Source of the DNA: Candidatus Micrarchaeota archaeon
GTDB lineage: Archaea > Micrarchaeota > Micrarchaeia > Micrarchaeales > CABMGC01
NCBI GenBank assembly: GCA_021810375.1
Contig: JAJZJB010000001.1
Coordinates: forward strand, 1-53,755
Direction: 5' to 3'
DNA: 53,755 bases
Below the pieces are notes generated by a model, which was not told the DNA's origin, did no database searches, and saw nothing but the letters and a program-made list of their open reading frames with translations. Made by a program: the position numbers and the translations under genes. Every line of letters begins with the position of its first letter. Within the stretch, counting starts at the first letter, position 1. Below, piece by piece: positions 8,063 to 17,752 of the stretch.

Positions 8063-8845
8063 TCAGGCAGTCTTCTTGGGCTTGAAATGCCTTGAATCAA
8101 TAAGTATCATGTGGAAGTTGCTGTCGTATCCGAGCGATGACTTGAAGATCTCGGGATCAAGCGTGATTGTGTTGTCTGAATATGGATCGTTGATGTAGAA
8201 CGCGTCCTTATCATAGCCCTTAACCACAACCCAATGCGGCGATGACTCCATGTAGGGGTTTATGGTATTTGCATCGATGAGCACTATTGGTATGTTATTG
8301 CCTGAGAGCGCCCGCTTTATGCTGTTTATTGTGACAACGCTGTGGTCCTCCTGAACATTCTGCGCCTGTGCCTTTGCCTTTATCTCATTGTATGAAGCGG
8401 TTAGGGTGTCCAGGTTTATGTTCTCGTATACTGCAAGCTTTCTGTCATAGCCCTCTTCCTTCATGTTGCTCACTATAGAGACCCCGGCTCCGCGCTTTGC
8501 GAGCGCATATGCCAAGCCATACTTGGATCCGTGCCATACGCTACCGTTGACTGCTTCCTGCCAGATGTCATACTCGTGCTCTTTCTTGAACTGGAAATTC
8601 TTGTTTATGTACTTGAGTACCATCATGGCGCATGCGGCGCTGCTAGTGAAGTCCTCAGTCTGAGGGTAATGGGGTATGTCGAACATGACCTTGTCCTTTA
8701 TCTTTGAGCCGCTTTTGGCCTTGGCGACTCTGCTTGCAGCTGTCTTCTTGACATGCTTTGCCTGCTTCCTCTGTCTCTTTGAGGAGTTTCCACTAATTCT
8801 CTTTGAGTTCTTACTTGACTTTTTTGTCGGTTTTGCCATGTTCAT
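8063..8845 (-). CDS. Peptidase C39/C70-like (papain-fold) protein with a Lys-rich N-terminal tail; catalytic Cys position appears to be Ser
   Basis: YPQTEDFTSSAACAMMVL, PHWVVVKGYD, FYINDPY. Confidence 0.7.
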   Translation of the reverse strand: MNMAKPTKKSSKNSKRISGNSSKRQRKQAKHVKKTAASRVAKAKSGSKIKDKVMFDIPHYPQTEDFTSSAACAMMVLKYINKNFQFKKEHEYDIWQEAVNGSVWHGSKYGLAYALAKRGAGVSIVSNMKEEGYDRKLAVYENINLDTLTASYNEIKAKAQAQNVQEDHSVVTINSIKRALSGNNIPIVLIDANTINPYMESSPHWVVVKGYDKDAFYINDPYSDNTITLDPEIFKSSLGYDSNFHMILIDSRHFKPKKTA

Positions 8846-8861
8846 CGCCCACTAAAAGGTG

Positions 8862-8961
8862 TGCAGGGGAGGAGATTTGTCCAGTAAACTATTGAACTCC
8901 CGCAGGCCTAAGCCAGCGGATCTTGAGTCCGCCGCGTTTGACCAGGCTCCGCCACCCCTGC
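8862..8961 (-). tRNA. tRNA-Leu(CAA) with a 15-nt intron at position 58/59 (intron 8877-8891); CCA not encoded
   Basis: Acceptor GCAGGGG/CCCCTGC+A, anticodon arm GCGGA-CTCAAGA-TCCGC, long variable arm, T-stem GGGAG/CTCCT. The T-loop is interrupted by TAGTTTACTGGACAA, which forms a BHB motif. Confidence 0.92.
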
Positions 8962-9118
8962 AACACCTATTAATTGTAAAGCATATTATTAAAAGGTTTG
9001 AACCCATTAACAGACTAATATAATGTTGAGCTTATATTTATAGGTTCTGTTCATTTTTCTCGTCACAGAAGGCGTTGTATTATAAGTATCTTATGATGAA
9101 TATTATTGGCCTGTTACG

Positions 9119-10567
9119 TTGATGTTCATGGACATTGAGAAAACCGGAGATGTGAGGTACAGGCTCTCGAGAGAATCGCAGCAGGGCATGAACAACGACG
9201 TCTCTGTTTATGCTTCTGAGAGTCTAATGCAGAAGATAAAGAACGATCACACGCTGCAGCAGGCGATGAATACTGCTACGCTTCCCAGCATAGCAGGAGA
9301 TGTACTCGTAATGCCAGATGGTCACGAAGGATACGGATTTCCCATAGGAGGGGTGATAGGCTTTGATGCTGAGAACGGAGTGGTATCCCCGGGAATTTGC
9401 GGCTTCGATATCAATTGCGGCGTGCGACTGATAAAGACGGATCTTACGGAGAAGGAAGTTGGATCAAGGATAACGCATCTCTCTGATGCCCTATTCAAGA
9501 ACATTCCCGGAGGCGTGGGCAGTAGACTGAACATAGGACTTTCCCCGAGAGACCTTGAGAAAATAGCGAGTGAAGGTGCAGGGTATATAATAGGCAAAGG
9601 ATTCGGGCTTCCAGAGGACATAGAGCATACCGAAGAGAATGGCTGCATGTCCGGAGCCGACTTCTCCAGGGTGAGCCAGATGGCCAAATCGCGGGGGTTC
9701 AATGAGCTCGGCACTCTGGGCGCAGGAAATCACTTTCTAGAAGTGCAGAGGATAGGCAAGATATTTGATGAGGGTGTGGCTAAGGCATACGGACTTCACG
9801 AAGGCCAGATAGTGGTAATGGTGCATACGGGTTCCCGCGGTTTCGGGCACCAGATATGCAGCGACTATCTAAGGATATTCGAGGAATACAGGATAAAAAA
9901 GGGTATCTCGCTGGTTGATAAGGAGCTCTGCTACGCGCGGGTAGGAGACAAGGAAGCCGAGGATTACCTTGGCGCTATGAAGTGCGCCGTCAATTTTGCT
10001 TTCACGAACCGGCAGATAATAACCAATTCCATAAGGAAGAGCTTTGAGGAAACATTCTCAAGGAGCGCAGACTCGATGGGCATGGAAATGTTATATGACG
10101 TGGCGCACAATATAGTGAAGCTTGAGGAGCATGAGGTGGATGGAACCAGGATGCGCCTTTATGTCCACAGGAAGGGAGCTACGCGGGCTTTCCCGAAAGG
10201 GAGGGCGGAGATACCGGTAAAGTACCGCGGCGTGGGGCAGCCTGTGCTTATACCAGGGAGCATGGGCACTGCAAGCTATGTCTTGGTAGGAAAAGAAGGC
10301 TCTATGAGAGAAACGCTGGGCTCTGCCTGCCATGGAGCCGGACGCGTGATGTCGCGCCACCAGGCCCTGAGGGAGATACCTGCAGAGAAGACCTTTGATT
10401 CGCTGAAGCGCAAGCGGGTCGAGATACGCATACGCACACGCAAGCTGGTGAGCGAGGAAGCCGAATGGACTTACAAGGATATAGATGAGGTAGTCAGGGT
10501 AGTTGAAAAGGCAGGCATTGCTGCGCCGGTCTCCAGAAATATTCCAGTGGCCGTAGTCAAGGGCTAG
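9119..10567 (+). CDS. rtcB: tRNA-splicing ligase RtcB
   Basis: MPDGHEGYGFPIGGV, GFDINCG, LGTLGAGNHFLE, HTGSRGFG, HN, HRKGAT, PGSMG, HGAGR. Confidence 0.97.
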   Translation: MMFMDIEKTGDVRYRLSRESQQGMNNDVSVYASESLMQKIKNDHTLQQAMNTATLPSIAGDVLVMPDGHEGYGFPIGGVIGFDAENGVVSPGICGFDINCGVRLIKTDLTEKEVGSRITHLSDALFKNIPGGVGSRLNIGLSPRDLEKIASEGAGYIIGKGFGLPEDIEHTEENGCMSGADFSRVSQMAKSRGFNELGTLGAGNHFLEVQRIGKIFDEGVAKAYGLHEGQIVVMVHTGSRGFGHQICSDYLRIFEEYRIKKGISLVDKELCYARVGDKEAEDYLGAMKCAVNFAFTNRQIITNSIRKSFEETFSRSADSMGMEMLYDVAHNIVKLEEHEVDGTRMRLYVHRKGATRAFPKGRAEIPVKYRGVGQPVLIPGSMGTASYVLVGKEGSMRETLGSACHGAGRVMSRHQALREIPAEKTFDSLKRKRVEIRIRTRKLVSEEAEWTYKDIDEVVRVVEKAGIAAPVSRNIPVAVVKG

Positions 10568-10653
10568 TGGCAGCATAATGCAATCCCATTGCTTTCTTAT
10601 GCGCAATGGCAGAAGCATATGGCAAAACTGCGCTTATACCTTGATACCAGGAT

Positions 10654-12444
10654 CTACATGTTGTAAAGCTCTGGATTGTCATATTCCGCAAGTGCCATGA
10701 GCAACCCTGCATGCGGAAAGAGCTGCGGGAAGTTGCCCCTGGGCTCCCATGTCTTTGGCTCTAGGTGTTCACCGAAGAAAAGCAGGTCCGTTGAGCAGCT
10801 TATGAGCTTCTTTATCACCGCGTTTGCCTTCTTGGAGTCGCCCATGCGCATATAGACACGAGCAAGCCAGGTGCTTGGAAGAGTGAATGGACGCATGATA
10901 TCCTTGCCCAGGAAGTCGTGTTTGTAGCGGAGGAGCAGGCCAGGCTCTATCATAAGGTCCTTTTCTATGCGCTTCAGCGTTGCTACGAAGCGCTTGTCCT
11001 TGGCATCTATAAACCCGTAGAGCGGCAGTGTCAGCAGCGACGCGTCCACTTCGTTAGCGCCATAATATTTGACGAAGCCTCCCGACTTAGCTGAGACGCC
11101 CTTTTTGAGTATGTAATCCCTTAGCCTATTGCCGAATGTTTCCCATTCCTTGGCCTTCTCTGAGTAGCCTATCATCTGCGCGATCTTGGCTGCACGGTCT
11201 ACGGCCACCCATTCCATCACCTTTGTATGCACATAATGCCGTCGCGTCTCCCCTATAAGCTGGCCGCGTTGTCTCTCCTCCCAGATGCTTGTGCTCTCCC
11301 TGTCCCACGAATCTTTGGTCCATTGAACTATCGACTCGATTGCCCACCAGCTCTCAACGGCATATTCTGTAGACTCGGTTAGCATTAGATATGTATACAG
11401 CGCATTCATGAATGCGCCCTCCACGTCCATCTGGAGCTGCATGTATGCGGCATTGCCCACCCTGACCGGCCTGGATCCAAGATGCCCGTTGAGCCAGCCC
11501 ATCGTCTCCTCAGGCGGAGGAGGGGTTCCGTCTATGGTATATAGAGGGTGGTCGAAGCTCTTTGACGAAGGATCGATAACGGCAAGCATGAAATCAATTA
11601 TTCTCCTGGACTTTGCAAGATGGCCTATGTTAGCAAGCGCTTCGGCAGCATAGGAAGCATCCCTTATCCAGAGATACCTATAGTCCCAATTCCTGTTCAT
11701 GCCCACAATCTCCGGCAGTGATGTGGTAGGGGCAGCAACTATGGCTCCTGAAGGCTGGTACATGAGTCCAAGCACTGTTGCTATAGAGCGCTTGTACGCA
11801 TCGTTGTACATGTTGATCTCCTTGGCTAGCATTATCTGGTCGTGCCAGTAGTCTATAGCCTTATTGAGCGCGTCCCTCGGCTCCGGATATACGAAGCCTT
11901 TATTGCTGAAGATACCGTACCTGAGGTCTTTAGAGTAGACTGCAAATATGTTTCCTTTTCCGGGAAAGAACCTGATTATGCCCTCGTCAACAACAGTATG
12001 CTTGCCAGTTATACTGACCTCAAGGCCTTCCTGGGAGGATGTGTTCTTGAATATCAGCCCATTGTCTACGTAATCGATGCTTGCGTTTGTTAGCCCATAC
12101 CCAAAAAGGGGGTTTATATCAACAGTGAAAGGCACCTTGGAGTCGTATATGCGTATTATCCCTGATAGGCCTATTGGCAAGGCATCAGTAACCTCGAGCT
12201 TGCCCTTTGATGTGGTAAAGGTATTCCTGAGCACAAGGCTGTCGCCCACGTATGAAGACACAAGCTTGTAGTCCGCATCGGGCTTGACAGAAAAGTATCC
12301 TCCAGTCCTGTCGTCAAGTATCTTCGAGAATATAGAAGGCGAATCGAATTTCGGGCAGGGGAACCAGTCGATGCTTCCTTCGGACTCTATCGCCGAAGTC
12401 AGGCAGTTCGATAGGAATGCCCATTTTCTTCCCGATGTCGTCAT
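10654..12444 (-). CDS. Glycoside hydrolase family 15 (archaeal trehalase/glucoamylase-like)
   Basis: IDWFPCPKFDSPS, GAIVAAPTTSLPE..G..RNWDYRYLWIRD, SIWEER, GEH..GNFPQLFPH. Confidence 0.92.
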   Translation of the reverse strand: MTTSGRKWAFLSNCLTSAIESEGSIDWFPCPKFDSPSIFSKILDDRTGGYFSVKPDADYKLVSSYVGDSLVLRNTFTTSKGKLEVTDALPIGLSGIIRIYDSKVPFTVDINPLFGYGLTNASIDYVDNGLIFKNTSSQEGLEVSITGKHTVVDEGIIRFFPGKGNIFAVYSKDLRYGIFSNKGFVYPEPRDALNKAIDYWHDQIMLAKEINMYNDAYKRSIATVLGLMYQPSGAIVAAPTTSLPEIVGMNRNWDYRYLWIRDASYAAEALANIGHLAKSRRIIDFMLAVIDPSSKSFDHPLYTIDGTPPPPEETMGWLNGHLGSRPVRVGNAAYMQLQMDVEGAFMNALYTYLMLTESTEYAVESWWAIESIVQWTKDSWDRESTSIWEERQRGQLIGETRRHYVHTKVMEWVAVDRAAKIAQMIGYSEKAKEWETFGNRLRDYILKKGVSAKSGGFVKYYGANEVDASLLTLPLYGFIDAKDKRFVATLKRIEKDLMIEPGLLLRYKHDFLGKDIMRPFTLPSTWLARVYMRMGDSKKANAVIKKLISCSTDLLFFGEHLEPKTWEPRGNFPQLFPHAGLLMALAEYDNPELYNM

Positions 12445-12451
12445 AAAATCA

Positions 12452-13285
12452 CTATAGAGCAGTAGCTGCGCTTATTTCCTTGGCCTTAAGCATCAGGTCG
12501 TCTGCCATAGGCATGCGTGTCCTTGAACTTATTTTAATTAGGACTTTTTGCGTGCCTGAGAGGTCGTTCCTGTCTGCCAGGTATTTCGCAAGGTAGTAGT
12601 AAGCGTTGATCTCCCCGATATCGAGTAGTGGCCTGAGCAATTTCTCCGCGTTCTTCCCGCCAGCCCGTATTGTGTAGGCAAGGTTCGAGTAGGGATTTAC
12701 CGGGGTTTGCCGTTGCTTGTTCAGTTCATTGAGCAGCAGATGCACATGTGCCAGCCTCTTCAGTTTCATCTCGGATATAAACTTCGTGTATAAGTATAGC
12801 CAGTCGTCTCCTTTCGCAGCCTTGTTTATTGTGAATATGGAAGCATACATCATCTCCTTGGCTTTGGAGAGAAGGTGCATGGAATTGCTGGAATTCTTGT
12901 TGTACTCGTCGTTCCTCTTGTCGGCATTTGAGTACATGAATCCTCCCAGCGCGTAGTTAACCCCGTGGTAGGTGTAGTCTGAAAGAACCATGTAGACATT
13001 GCCAACACCGTAGAGCACTAAAGGGTCTGCAGATGCCTCTAGAGGGGCTATTGCGCCGATTGCAGAAACGAGATCGCCCTTTATAGTTGCCTCGTGTGCA
13101 GCAGTGAATGCGGTAGCTGCACTGCTGTCCATTTTATGTTCGGCGTCACTTGCTACATACATCTCGCAGAAATGGCAGAACGCACCAGCGGGATTGGCAG
13201 AAAGCACCGCAGAATTGCAGGAAGGGCATGTTTCCTCCGAGAATTTAATCTTGTCAAGCCTTTTCAGATACCCGGAAACATCCAT
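12452..13285 (-). CDS. Hypothetical protein with an N-terminal Zn ribbon and helical-repeat-like body
   Basis: CPSC...CHFC; 277-aa ORF co-oriented with its neighbours. Confidence 0.65.
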   Translation of the reverse strand: MDVSGYLKRLDKIKFSEETCPSCNSAVLSANPAGAFCHFCEMYVASDAEHKMDSSAATAFTAAHEATIKGDLVSAIGAIAPLEASADPLVLYGVGNVYMVLSDYTYHGVNYALGGFMYSNADKRNDEYNKNSSNSMHLLSKAKEMMYASIFTINKAAKGDDWLYLYTKFISEMKLKRLAHVHLLLNELNKQRQTPVNPYSNLAYTIRAGGKNAEKLLRPLLDIGEINAYYYLAKYLADRNDLSGTQKVLIKISSRTRMPMADDLMLKAKEISAATAL

Positions 13286-13320
13286 GATGGGATTTATTCA
13301 ATGCAGAATTTATAAACCCG

Positions 13321-13983
13321 TCATTTCTTTTGCAGTACAAGGAAGAGATGCATCCTGTCGAATGGTTCAAGGTTTATGGACTCGAGCACCTTGAATGATG
13401 CAGACACTCTTTCTATGAACTCCTTGAATACTGCCTTTGGATCCTTGGACACATCTATGCTTTGCGACTTTACGGCAACATACGCAAGCCCTTTGCTACT
13501 TAGCAGGACTGCATTCCTTATGAGAATATCTGCCTGGTCAGGCGCAGCTATGTCCTGGTATATTACGTCGGGTTTTCCGACATCTTCGGAATAGGCTTCG
13601 ACTTTCCTTGCGTCCTGAAGGATGGGCAGTATGTTCTCCCTGGATTCGCAGAGCTCAAGCAGGTCGCGCATGCTCCTTTCTGATATCTCCACTGCAAATA
13701 TGCTTCCTTTGCTTCCGACTATGTCACTTACGTGGCTTACGGTAGTGCCTGTGGCTGCGCCCAGGTATAGCACTCTGGACCCCTCTCTGAATCCCATATG
13801 CTTCATCCCGCCGATTATAGCCGCTGCAAGCTTGCTTCTGTATGGATTCCAGGTTCTGTACTCCTTGCTGTCGTACCCTATCAAGTCCTCGTCATATACC
13901 TTCTTTCCGGGAACCATATTCAGTGTTGCGAGTTTTCCGTCAATTCTGAACACGCCGTTGAAGATCGTCTCGATTGTAACCAT
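13321..13983 (-). CDS. flpA: Fibrillarin-like rRNA/tRNA 2'-O-methyltransferase
   Basis: EYRTWNPYRSKLAAAI, VLYLGAATGTTVSHVSDIV, ILQDAR, IYQDIA. Start set to the ATG at 13983. Confidence 0.95.
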   Translation of the reverse strand: MVTIETIFNGVFRIDGKLATLNMVPGKKVYDEDLIGYDSKEYRTWNPYRSKLAAAIIGGMKHMGFREGSRVLYLGAATGTTVSHVSDIVGSKGSIFAVEISERSMRDLLELCESRENILPILQDARKVEAYSEDVGKPDVIYQDIAAPDQADILIRNAVLLSSKGLAYVAVKSQSIDVSKDPKAVFKEFIERVSASFKVLESINLEPFDRMHLFLVLQKK

Positions 13984-14026
13984 GGTAACTAATTTATATT
14001 GAATCTTTGTATTTATAGTGGTTGCG

Positions 14027-16324
14027 ATGCCCTCCCCATATCCTATCGACAGGTTGATTGGAGACATGCTAAGCGCAAGCAGGGAATCCGGCGGATTGGG
14101 GGACCTCCTTTCGAAGTCGGGCCAGAGGCTGAAGTATGCACTTAGCATTGACGACGTAATCGTGAAGGAGACACTTACAAGGAGCCCACAGATGGGCCAG
14201 GCTGATGATGTTGTGCTCAATACAGGCAAGCCTTACATAGACAACAGGCTGAGCGAATACTCCGCTTTCCCGGAGCTCATAGCGTTATACAAATCGGGTT
14301 TCAAGAGCTGCCTGATGCTCCCTATAATTGCTGACGGGAGAAGCCTTGGAATACTCACGCTGCTCTCAAAGAGCGAGGACAGGTTCGATACACAGACGCA
14401 GAATTATCTCTCGATTGTAGGGAGTGTAATAGGCACAGAAGCATACATGAAACTGGAGAAAGAGAAGAGCCTCAGCGTTGCCAGGTATTTCGATGCTGCG
14501 TTCAACAGCATACTTCCACAAGCCCTCATAGACTCTTCAGGTAGCATAGTTAAGGCTAACAAAGGCCTTATGAACCTTGTTGATACTCCGGCGAAGGACA
14601 TGCAGGGGAGGAATATGCGCGATTTCTTCGCGCTGACAGAAGGAAACCTTGCGGATCTGGCAAGGGGCAGGCCGATAGAGGTAAGAAGCACGCTCTATCC
14701 GGAAAGGGATTTCGTGATGACGTCGAGCAAGGCAAGCGAGAAGCTTATGCATGTGCTCATACAGGATGAGACGGAACAGGTGAAGTTGGAGGAGAGGGCA
14801 CGGCTCTTCGACTATGGCGAGGAAGTTTACATGCTGCTTGGAAACGACTTCAGGGTTCTCTGGACCAGCAGCAACAGCGACAAGGTCCTGCGCGTGCATC
14901 CCGATGCGCTCTCCGGAATAAGGCTTACTGACATAATAGCCAATTCCGACGGGATCGAGAATCAACTGAGCAGCATGGCCGAGTCCGGGATGAGCAAGCA
15001 GGTCCGGCTCAACCTTGGCAATGACCTCTTTGCAGAGGCAAAGATAACAATACTGAAGAACCCCACAGGATATTCGTGCATAATATCGGGGGATTATGAG
15101 AAGAAGATAGCGACGGCGAAGAGATTCGCAGAAGACTTGATACAGCTGTCGGGTGACCTTGTAATCAAGCTTGATATCATGGGGTCGGTATCTGCATTTA
15201 ATAGATCAGCAGAGAAGCTGCTTGGCTACAAAAACAGTGAAGTGGTCAGTGTTCCTGTCTCAAGCCTGTGCGCAGACTCAGAGAGCCAGTCAAGGCTCAA
15301 TGACGCCTTGCCAAGGGCCAAGAAGAATGGCATGGTAACAGGACTCTATCTAAGCATGAGGCCACGTGGCAATTCTGACAATGTGCCGATAGATGCAAGC
15401 GTGCTCAGCATGACCGACGACGCAGGGGTGCACTTCGGATACATGATAACGGGCAAGGAGCTGCTGACCAAGCTCAGGATGGAGGACCTGGAGAAAGTCG
15501 CTGATGACGCGCAGAGGAAGCTGACTAAGGAGGCGGCTGAAAGCGACCTCAAGACCCAGTTCATATACAACATATCTCATGATCTCAAGACTCCGCTCAC
15601 AAGCATACAGGGCTATTCCAAGCTCATGATACGCGGGGATTTCGGGGCTGTGACAGAAGACCAGAGAAGCGCGCTGGAAACCATATCTGCGGAAAGCGAG
15701 AGGCTCAAGCAGCTCATACTCCAGATACTTGACGTGGCAAAGCTGGAATCGAAGAAGATAAGGCTGGACATCCAGCGCGTCAACCTGAGTGAAATAGCAG
15801 GCAATCCAAGCATTAACGCACTTGCAGAGAGGGCAAAGGCGCAGGGCCTTGAGTTCTCAATAAACGTGGATTACAATGTGCCAGACGTAAATGCAGATCC
15901 AAATAGGCTGATACAGGTTTTTGTTAACCTAATAGACAATGCGCTAAAATTCACAGAGAAAGGCAGCATACGCGTCAATGTAATCAGGAAGGGGAAGAAT
16001 GTCAGGGTCGAGGTTGTGGATACTGGGCTGGGCGTAAAAGAGGAGGAGCGGGCGAAGCTGTTCAAGAAGTTCTACCAGGTCTCTAGGAAGGACCTGACTA
16101 TGCAGCCTAAAGCAGGCACTGGGCTGGGCCTCTCGATAGTTAAGGAAATAGTCAGCATGCACGGCGGCAGGGTGGGCATAAATTCCGGGGGATTGGGCAA
16201 GGGAAGCGTTTTCTGGTTCACCATACCTCTGGAGAAGAAAAAGAAGAGGGCGCAGGATGAGCAGCAGAAGCAAGGTCCGGATAGTTCCCAGCAGGATGCG
16301 CCTGCGGGAACAGAAGTGGAATAG
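14027..16324 (+). CDS. Cytoplasmic sensor histidine kinase (GAF-PAS-PAS-PAS-HisKA-HATPase)
   Basis: H-box ISHDLKTPLTSI, N-box QVFVNLIDNALKF, G1 DTGLG, G2 GTGLGL. GAF motif SCLMLPI..GRSLGIL; PAS motifs such as FNRSAEKLLGY. Confidence 0.92.
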   Translation: MPSPYPIDRLIGDMLSASRESGGLGDLLSKSGQRLKYALSIDDVIVKETLTRSPQMGQADDVVLNTGKPYIDNRLSEYSAFPELIALYKSGFKSCLMLPIIADGRSLGILTLLSKSEDRFDTQTQNYLSIVGSVIGTEAYMKLEKEKSLSVARYFDAAFNSILPQALIDSSGSIVKANKGLMNLVDTPAKDMQGRNMRDFFALTEGNLADLARGRPIEVRSTLYPERDFVMTSSKASEKLMHVLIQDETEQVKLEERARLFDYGEEVYMLLGNDFRVLWTSSNSDKVLRVHPDALSGIRLTDIIANSDGIENQLSSMAESGMSKQVRLNLGNDLFAEAKITILKNPTGYSCIISGDYEKKIATAKRFAEDLIQLSGDLVIKLDIMGSVSAFNRSAEKLLGYKNSEVVSVPVSSLCADSESQSRLNDALPRAKKNGMVTGLYLSMRPRGNSDNVPIDASVLSMTDDAGVHFGYMITGKELLTKLRMEDLEKVADDAQRKLTKEAAESDLKTQFIYNISHDLKTPLTSIQGYSKLMIRGDFGAVTEDQRSALETISAESERLKQLILQILDVAKLESKKIRLDIQRVNLSEIAGNPSINALAERAKAQGLEFSINVDYNVPDVNADPNRLIQVFVNLIDNALKFTEKGSIRVNVIRKGKNVRVEVVDTGLGVKEEERAKLFKKFYQVSRKDLTMQPKAGTGLGLSIVKEIVSMHGGRVGINSGGLGKGSVFWFTIPLEKKKKRAQDEQQKQGPDSSQQDAPAGTEVE

Positions 16325-16326
16325 CG

Positions 16327-17628
16327 TCACGTGTGCCTTAGCGGAAGCATGTCGCAGAACAGAACACTCGCCAGCGCGCCTGCCTGAGTTACAGAGTTTG
16401 CATCTGTCGAGGGCCCGGTCCAATCATACCCAAATGTGTAATTGCTTCTGTCATGTAGCCAGATAGAGTCAGCGTTTCTTGCAATAAATGCGCCATATGC
16501 CGCATTCTTAGTGGCATTATACAGGGCGTCGAGGTTATACATGTAAATGCTCTTGAACTGAAATGACCCAGTATTGCAATCTCCATTGATGGCGCATGAT
16601 ATCTCGTACATTATACCGTGCCTGTTTGTATCTGCGATGTCAGTTGCATTTGCTACGAGCTCAGCGAGGTACAGGTATTTAGCCTTTCCAGTAACCTTGG
16701 CGAACTTAACCAGTGCACCTATGAATTCGCCTTGATTGTATGTCCATACGCTGCCTCCGTTGTTGGTGCAGCTAGATGTCAGGCCATCATTCACAAGATA
16801 GGAATGGTTCAGCATGCCGCTGTCGATAAACCATTTGTAGTCCCTTGTGGCCCAGTTAAAGTATCCTTTGTCGTGTGGCAGGATCTCATAAAGCCCAAGC
16901 GTTATGTTCATGAATAGAAGGTTTGGTATTGCGTTGTCATACGTATGGGATTTATCCCACGGAATCCCCCCTCCGCATCCGCCTGTGCCATAACCCTCTT
17001 CCATATCGTGTGCTATATACTGCGCCATATGCAGGAACTTTGGGTTTCTGGTCATTTTATAGGCCATCAGCCAGGCATTAGCCCACCATCCTTCATCATC
17101 GTAATATTCGTCAAGGAAGTGGCCGCTCTTGTATTTATTGAATGTTGCATTCGCATACCGCAGATATGTTTTGGTATGCGTCACGGCTGAATATTCCATC
17201 ACAGTAATCAGTATGTTTGGATCCTGCCACCAGGATGCGCCATTCCATAGGTCTGTAGACCAGTTATACTCGCCCAAGAGCACTTTTAGTGCCTTCCCGG
17301 TTCCCTTGACGCCGGGTATGAAAAGCTGCTGTGGTTTTAGTATCTTCTGGAGGGTTGTTGCTGGATTGCCTTTCTCAGATATATCTGACGCTAGTCCTTG
17401 TATTTGGGACATGGTCTGCGTAGGTATTATATCACTTAGGGGTATGACAGGGTTATACTGCAGTTGCGCGGGCCTTGGGGAAACTGCGAGCACTCCGGTA
17501 ACCAGCACTGCAGCTGCGCCCCTTAATACCGACTTTAGGGCTCTTTTCCTGTATGTAGAGGCATTCTTATCGGCATTCTTGTGCTCAGCCTGTGCTCTCC
17601 GTATATTAAGTCTTGCCATCTTCAACAT
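16327..17628 (-). CDS. Secreted or membrane-anchored glycoside hydrolase family 76 (endo-alpha-1,6-mannanase-like)
   Basis: YYDDEGWW catalytic DD motif, CGGGIPW, NAIPN, LVNDGL..C....WTYNQG, FKSIY; hydrophobic N-terminal segment. Confidence 0.88.
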   Translation of the reverse strand: MLKMARLNIRRAQAEHKNADKNASTYRKRALKSVLRGAAAVLVTGVLAVSPRPAQLQYNPVIPLSDIIPTQTMSQIQGLASDISEKGNPATTLQKILKPQQLFIPGVKGTGKALKVLLGEYNWSTDLWNGASWWQDPNILITVMEYSAVTHTKTYLRYANATFNKYKSGHFLDEYYDDEGWWANAWLMAYKMTRNPKFLHMAQYIAHDMEEGYGTGGCGGGIPWDKSHTYDNAIPNLLFMNITLGLYEILPHDKGYFNWATRDYKWFIDSGMLNHSYLVNDGLTSSCTNNGGSVWTYNQGEFIGALVKFAKVTGKAKYLYLAELVANATDIADTNRHGIMYEISCAINGDCNTGSFQFKSIYMYNLDALYNATKNAAYGAFIARNADSIWLHDRSNYTFGYDWTGPSTDANSVTQAGALASVLFCDMLPLRHT

Positions 17629-17752
17629 TTTGAATGGGCACTGGCCCGTTAATTAATTTTTTGTATGAAATAGCAAGTTACATATAGACTTGTGACATGG
17701 GTTATGGCAAGTTTTTTAAAGGATTGTTGCGCAGTTTATAGACGGTGATTGG

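Noticed and set aside
13984..14229. N-terminal extensions in the ORF track for flpA (also priS, PMM, rpl22, hel308, the HemK2-type gene)
   Set aside because: Most extensions overlap neighbouring genes and none shows family similarity; downstream starts fit better.
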